DNA of 64,000 nucleotides from Mycobacteriales bacterium (GTDB lineage Bacteria; Actinomycetota; Actinomycetes; Mycobacteriales; CADCTP01): NCBI GenBank assembly GCA_035995165.1, contig DASYKU010000065.1, positions 1,633 to 65,632 of the forward strand, read 5' to 3'. Shown piece by piece: positions 59,867 to 64,000 of this stretch (position 1 is its first letter; each line of letters starts with the position of its first letter). The notes under the pieces were generated by a model. It saw only the letters and a program-made list of their open reading frames with translations, ran no database searches and was not told where the DNA came from. The position numbers and the translations under genes were made by a program.

Positions 59867-62800
59867 CGGTCTCCTCCGGTATCGACGCGGCCCGGCCGGC
59901 TGTCCGGCTCGCGCGTCAGCTGGTCCAGGCACCGCACGAAGTCGCGGGCCAGCCGCGACACGGTCGCGGCGTCGTACAGGTCGGCGTCGTACTCCCAGAA
60001 GCCGGTCACCGGACCGCCGCCCTGCTCGAGGACGAGGCTGAGATCGAAGCGGGCGGTCCGGACCTCGACCGGGTACGGGCTCAGCTCGATGCCGGCCGTC
60101 CGCACGGTCCCGGCGGCGGGAGCGTCGAGGACCAGCTTCACCGTGAACAGCGGGCTGCGGTCGCGGCCGCGCCGCGGGTTCAGCGCCCGCACCACCTCGT
60201 CGTACGGGACATCCTGGCCGGCGTAGGCGTCGAGGCTGACCCGGCGGACCCGGTGCAGCAGCTCCCGCCAGGTCGGGTCGCCGGACAGGTCGGCACGCAG
60301 CACCAGCTGGTTGACGAAGAAGCCGATCAGCCGCTCGGTGGCCGGCTCGGAGCGGTTCGCGACGTCCGTGCCGACGACCAGGTCCCGCCGGCCGGACCAA
60401 CGGTGCAGGGTGCCGTAGAGGGCGGTGAGCAGCACCATGAAGACGGTGGCGTCCTCGTCCCGGGCCAGGGCGCGTACCGCCCGGACCGTCTCCGGCGGAA
60501 CGTCGACGGGCAGCCGCCGGCCACCGGCGGCGGCCCGCACCGGGCGGGGCCGGTCGGTCGGCAGCGGCGGCAGTTCGGGCACCCCGGCGAGCCGGTGCAC
60601 CCACGCGTCGAGCTGCTCGCCGAGATGGCCGTCCTCGACCAGCCGGCGCTGCCACCGCGCGTAGTCGCCGTACTGCACGGGCAGCTCGGCCAGCGGCGAC
60701 TTCGTGCCGGCGGCGTACGCCTCGTAGAGGGTGGCCAGCTCGCGGAGCAGCACGCCCATCGACCAGCCGTCGAACGCGACGTGATGGATCGTCAGCAGCA
60801 GCACGTGCTCGTCACCGGCCAGGCGCAGCAGGCGCGCCCGCAGGTGCGGGCCGCGGGGCAGGTCGAACGGCCGGTCGTACTCGGCCGCCGCGAGCGACCG
60901 CGCCGCCGCCGGCCGCCGGTCCGGGGCGAGGCCGCCGAGGTCGAGCACCGGCACCGGCACCCCGGCGTACGGCAGCACCCGCTGGGCGGGCACGCCGGCC
61001 GTCGCGTCGAAGACGGTGCGCAGCACATGGTGGCGGCGCACCACCTCGGCCAGCGCTCGCCGCAGCGCGGGCAGGTCGAGGTCGCCGGCGATCCGCCCGT
61101 ACACCGGGACGGAGTAGTCGGTGCCGCCCGGCGCGAGCTGGTCGTGGAACCACAGCCGCTGCTGGGCCGAGGACAGCGGGACCGGACCGTACGGATCCGA
61201 CCGGGACAGGGCCGGTCGCGCCGGCTGCTCCCCGCCGCCGCGTCCGGCCCCGGTCAGCGCGTCCACGCAGGCGGCGAGGCCGGCCAGGTCCCGGTGCTCG
61301 AACGGCGCCCGGACCGGGACGTCCACCCCGAACGCCTCCCGCAGCCGGAAGACGAGCGTGAACACGAGCAGGGAATGACCGCCGAGGGCGAAGAAGTCGT
61401 GCTCCGGGCGGACGTGCTCGCGCCGCAGCAGCTCGCGCCAGATCGCGGCGACCCGCTCCTCGGTGGGCGTGAGCGGGCGCCCCGCCGGTCCGCCGGGCTC
61501 CGCCTCGGACGGACCGAGATCGGCGTCGACGAGACCGGCGAGCGCGGTGCGGTCCAGCTTGCCGCCGGGGGTGCGCGGCAGTCCCGACACGGTGACGAGG
61601 TGGTTCGGGACCATGTGCGCGGGCAGCCGGTCCCGCAGCCGGGCCTCGATCCCGGGCAGCAGGGCCGCGCACGCCCGGCCCCACAAGGGATCGTTGGCGT
61701 ACGGCCGCAGGTCCGTGTCCACAGTGGATGGCCCGGCGGGTTCCAGGCCACCGGCCGGCGCGGTCGCGACGTCCGGGCGGTGCAGCAGGACGTCGACCGC
61801 TCCGTCCGGGTGCCCGGCGAGCCAGCTCGGCTCGGTGACGTAACCGGCGTCCCGGGCGATCGCCGCCACCTCGCCGGAATCGAGGGCCGTCCCGGCGGCG
61901 GACGCGGAGACCACGTCCTCGACCGGGGTCCGGTCGTCCGCGGACCGCAGCGCCGCCCTCGCCGCGAGCGCGGCGGCCAGCCGCGCGTTGCCGACCCGGC
62001 GCAGGACGAGCGCGCCGGGTCCCGCGGCCAGGGCGGCCCGCAGGTCGCCGGCGGCCAGGCCGCGCCCGTCCTGGTCGGGCGGCCCATCGGGCTCGGGCGA
62101 CCGGCCGCCGATGCCGAGCGTGACGTCGTACCGGTAGTCGCCGAGCTCGTTGCGGTACGTGCCGGGCTTCGGCGACACCGTCACCGAGGTGATGCGCGGG
62201 AACCGCCGGCGCAGCCGCGGGAACAGCCGCGGGTCGAGGCACAGCTCCTCCTCGCGCTCCACCGCCCGCCGCACCAGCGCCCGCACCTCGCCCGCGGTCG
62301 GCCGCTCCCCCGCGGCCGCGCGCCGGGCGGCCCGGTGCAGCTCGACCGAGGTGTGGAACAGCTCCAGCAGCGGCAGGCTGCGCAGGTCGCCGAGGAAGAC
62401 GTGCCCGGTGCCCGGGATGGCCCCGACCGCGCGGCTGATAAGGCGGACCAGGTAGTCGACCGACGGGAAGTACTGCGCCACCGAGTTGAGCACGACGGTG
62501 TCGACGGCGTCGCCGCGCCACAGGCTCTTGTGCGCGGGCGCCAGCCGCAGCTCGACCCGGTCGGCCAGGTCGCGATCCCCGGCCAGCTTGGTCGCGCGGA
62601 CGTGCTCCAGCGCGGCGGCGCTGAAGTCGGTGGCGACATAGAGCTCGCACGCCGGCGCGATCCGGGCCAGCACCATGCCGGTGCCGCAGCCGATCTCCAG
62701 GACACGGCGCGGGTGCAGGCGGCGGATCCGTTCGGCCGTGCCGTCCAGCCAGGCCGCCATCTCCGGGGCCGGGATCTCCGCGCCGGTGTAGCTGTCGGTC

Positions 62801-64000
62801 CAGCCGGACAGGTCGGTGTCCGGACCGGACAGCTCGCCGTACCGGTCGGCGTACACCGCCTGCCACTGCTCGATCTGCTCGTCCTCCCAGCCCGCCGCGC
62901 GACCGGCGTCGGTGTCGAGGACCACCGCGGCGGCCAGCCGCCGGCCGCGCCCGGGCTCCTCCCGGACCAGCACCGCGGCCTGCCGGACCGCCGGCTGCGC
63001 GGCGATCGCGACCTCCACCTCACCGAGCTCCACCCGGTGGCCGCGCAACTTCACCTGGGCATCGCGGCGGCCCAGGTACTCCAGCTCCCCACTGGGCAGC
63101 AGCCGCACCGAGTCGCCGGTCCGGTAGAGCCGGGCCCCCGGGCGGCCGCTGAACGGGTCCGGCACGAACCTCTCGGCGGTCGCACCCGGCCGGCGCCAGT
63201 ACCCGTACGACACCCCGGTGCCGCCGACGTGCAGCTCGCCCGGGACCCCCGAGGGCACCGGCTGCCCGGCGGCGTCGAGCACGTACAGCTCGGTGTTCTG
63301 GATCGGCCGCCCGATCGGCACCGGGCCGGTGCCCGGATCGCCGTCGCGGACCTCGTACGCGCTGCAGGCGACCGCGGTCTCGGTCGGGCCGTACTCGTTG
63401 ACGATCCGGGTCCGGCCGTCCCGCCACGGCGCCAGCGCCTCGGCGTGCAGCGCCTCCCCGCCGACCACCAGCCGCCGGGTCCACGGTGCGCTCCGGGTCC
63501 CGGCCGCACGCAGCGCCTCGAGGTGGGAGGGCGTGAGCTTGACCAGGCTCAGCTCCTCCGCCGGACCGGCACCGTCCCCACCGCCGGCGCTCTCCGCGAG
63601 CGCCTCGCCGGGGACGCCTGGCGCGGCGACGAGCACCCGCTGGCCGGCCAGCAGCGGTGCGAAGACGCTCGTCACGGTGAGATCGACGCTCAGCGAGGAG
63701 TGCACCGGCACGCCGCCGCCCTCGCCCAGCTCGTACGCCCCGGCCGCCCAGGTCAGGTAGTTCACCAGGTTCCGGTGGGAGAGCAGGACACCCTTCGGGC
63801 CGCCGGTCGAGCCGGAGGTGTACATGAGGTACGCGACCTGGTCCGAAGTGGACGGTCCGGGGTCACGGTCGGCACCGGCGGGCAGCGTGCCCGGGCTGAG
63901 CACCAGCACCCGGCCGGCGCCCGGATCGACCTTGTGCCGCAGCGCCTCGGTGGTGAGCAGCAGGCCGGCGCCGCTGTCGGCGAGCATCCCGGACAGCCGC
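59863..64000 (-). CDS. NRPS, 5' end outside the window: ...A (interrupted by a methyltransferase domain)-PCP-C
   Basis: The reading frame is open to the window edge, and the track 'start' at 63987 lies inside an A domain. Motifs are YLMYTSGSTGGPKGV, NEYGPTE and GRRDAQVKLRGHRVELGEVE (A8). The MT insertion follows, with GWTDSYTGAEIPAPEMAAWL and VLEIGCGTG (62677-62703). After it come LPAHMVP and PGGKLDR (A9/A10). The PCP Ser (LGGHSL) is at 61372-61374. The terminal C domain has LSSAQQRLWF and IHHVAFDGWS (His-His at 60781-60786). Confidence 0.9.
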   Translation of the reverse strand, partial: RLSGMLADSGAGLLLTTEALRHKVDPGAGRVLVLSPGTLPAGADRDPGPSTSDQVAYLMYTSGSTGGPKGVLLSHRNLVNYLTWAAGAYELGEGGGVPVHSSLSVDLTVTSVFAPLLAGQRVLVAAPGVPGEALAESAGGGDGAGPAEELSLVKLTPSHLEALRAAGTRSAPWTRRLVVGGEALHAEALAPWRDGRTRIVNEYGPTETAVACSAYEVRDGDPGTGPVPIGRPIQNTELYVLDAAGQPVPSGVPGELHVGGTGVSYGYWRRPGATAERFVPDPFSGRPGARLYRTGDSVRLLPSGELEYLGRRDAQVKLRGHRVELGEVEVAIAAQPAVRQAAVLVREEPGRGRRLAAAVVLDTDAGRAAGWEDEQIEQWQAVYADRYGELSGPDTDLSGWTDSYTGAEIPAPEMAAWLDGTAERIRRLHPRRVLEIGCGTGMVLARIAPACELYVATDFSAAALEHVRATKLAGDRDLADRVELRLAPAHKSLWRGDAVDTVVLNSVAQYFPSVDYLVRLISRAVGAIPGTGHVFLGDLRSLPLLELFHTSVELHRAARRAAAGERPTAGEVRALVRRAVEREEELCLDPRLFPRLRRRFPRITSVTVSPKPGTYRNELGDYRYDVTLGIGGRSPEPDGPPDQDGRGLAAGDLRAALAAGPGALVLRRVGNARLAAALAARAALRSADDRTPVEDVVSASAAGTALDSGEVAAIARDAGYVTEPSWLAGHPDGAVDVLLHRPDVATAPAGGLEPAGPSTVDTDLRPYANDPLWGRACAALLPGIEARLRDRLPAHMVPNHLVTVSGLPRTPGGKLDRTALAGLVDADLGPSEAEPGGPAGRPLTPTEERVAAIWRELLRREHVRPEHDFFALGGHSLLVFTLVFRLREAFGVDVPVRAPFEHRDLAGLAACVDALTGAGRGGGEQPARPALSRSDPYGPVPLSSAQQRLWFHDQLAPGGTDYSVPVYGRIAGDLDLPALRRALAEVVRRHHVLRTVFDATAGVPAQRVLPYAGVPVPVLDLGGLAPDRRPAAARSLAAAEYDRPFDLPRGPHLRARLLRLAGDEHVLLLTIHHVAFDGWSMGVLLRELATLYEAYAAGTKSPLAELPVQYGDYARWQRRLVEDGHLGEQLDAWVHRLAGVPELPPLPTDRPRPVRAAAGGRRLPVDVPPETVRAVRALARDEDATVFMVLLTALYGTLHRWSGRRDLVVGTDVANRSEPATERLIGFFVNQLVLRADLSGDPTWRELLHRVRRVSLDAYAGQDVPYDEVVRALNPRRGRDRSPLFTVKLVLDAPAAGTVRTAGIELSPYPVEVRTARFDLSLVLEQGGGPVTGFWEYDADLYDAATVSRLARDFVRCLDQLTREPDSRPGRVDTGGDR

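Overview
This is a very GC-rich actinobacterial chromosome segment. Most long ORFs in the six-frame track are antisense or out-of-frame shadows. I resolved them by protein-family recognition, third-codon-position G/C bias read by eye, and start-codon/RBS context. The window splits into four blocks. (1) Positions 1-30.4 kb are conserved core. They hold the Pup-proteasome locus (prcA, prcB, pup, dop, arc), then trmI, an M50 protease, signal peptidase I, a RecB-like nuclease, a MacB-type ABC pair, metH, a PAC2 protein, mshC with its conserved unknown-function neighbours, a CDF transporter, uppP, an F420/LLM oxidoreductase and an aldo-keto reductase. As I remember it, this order is largely colinear with M. 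tuberculosis Rv2109c-Rv2136c. (2) Positions 30.5-38.1 kb are an accessory-looking envelope polysaccharide operon. It sits behind a 340-bp AT-richer leader carrying three perfect palindromes. Its genes are a HasA-like (class I hyaluronan-synthase-like) GT2 synthase, a 2-TM protein with an extracytoplasmic beta-helix and a long repeat-rich cytoplasmic tail, a lipoprotein beta-helix protein that looks like a lyase, and UDP-glucose 6-dehydrogenase. (3) Positions 38.2-43.5 kb are housekeeping genes: a RecD2-like helicase, DUF5703, a quinone oxidoreductase, an SDR and an M20 peptidase. This block ends at tRNA-Leu(GAG), 43561-43645. (4) From 43.9 kb to beyond 64 kb lies one minus-strand, translationally coupled hybrid PKS-NRPS operon that runs off the window. 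It contains an NRPS with a methyltransferase-interrupted A domain and a terminal C domain, a TauD-type hydroxylase, a Clike-A-T-TE NRPS, an MFS exporter, an ACP-KS-AT-ACP-aminotransferase-C-A-T megasynthase, a type II thioesterase and a second TauD hydroxylase. The two best candidates for an undescribed system are the HasA-like/uronic-acid polysaccharide operon and the beta-amino-acyl/hydroxy-Asx NRPS-PKS cluster. I saw no CRISPR array, transposase, integrase or rRNA.
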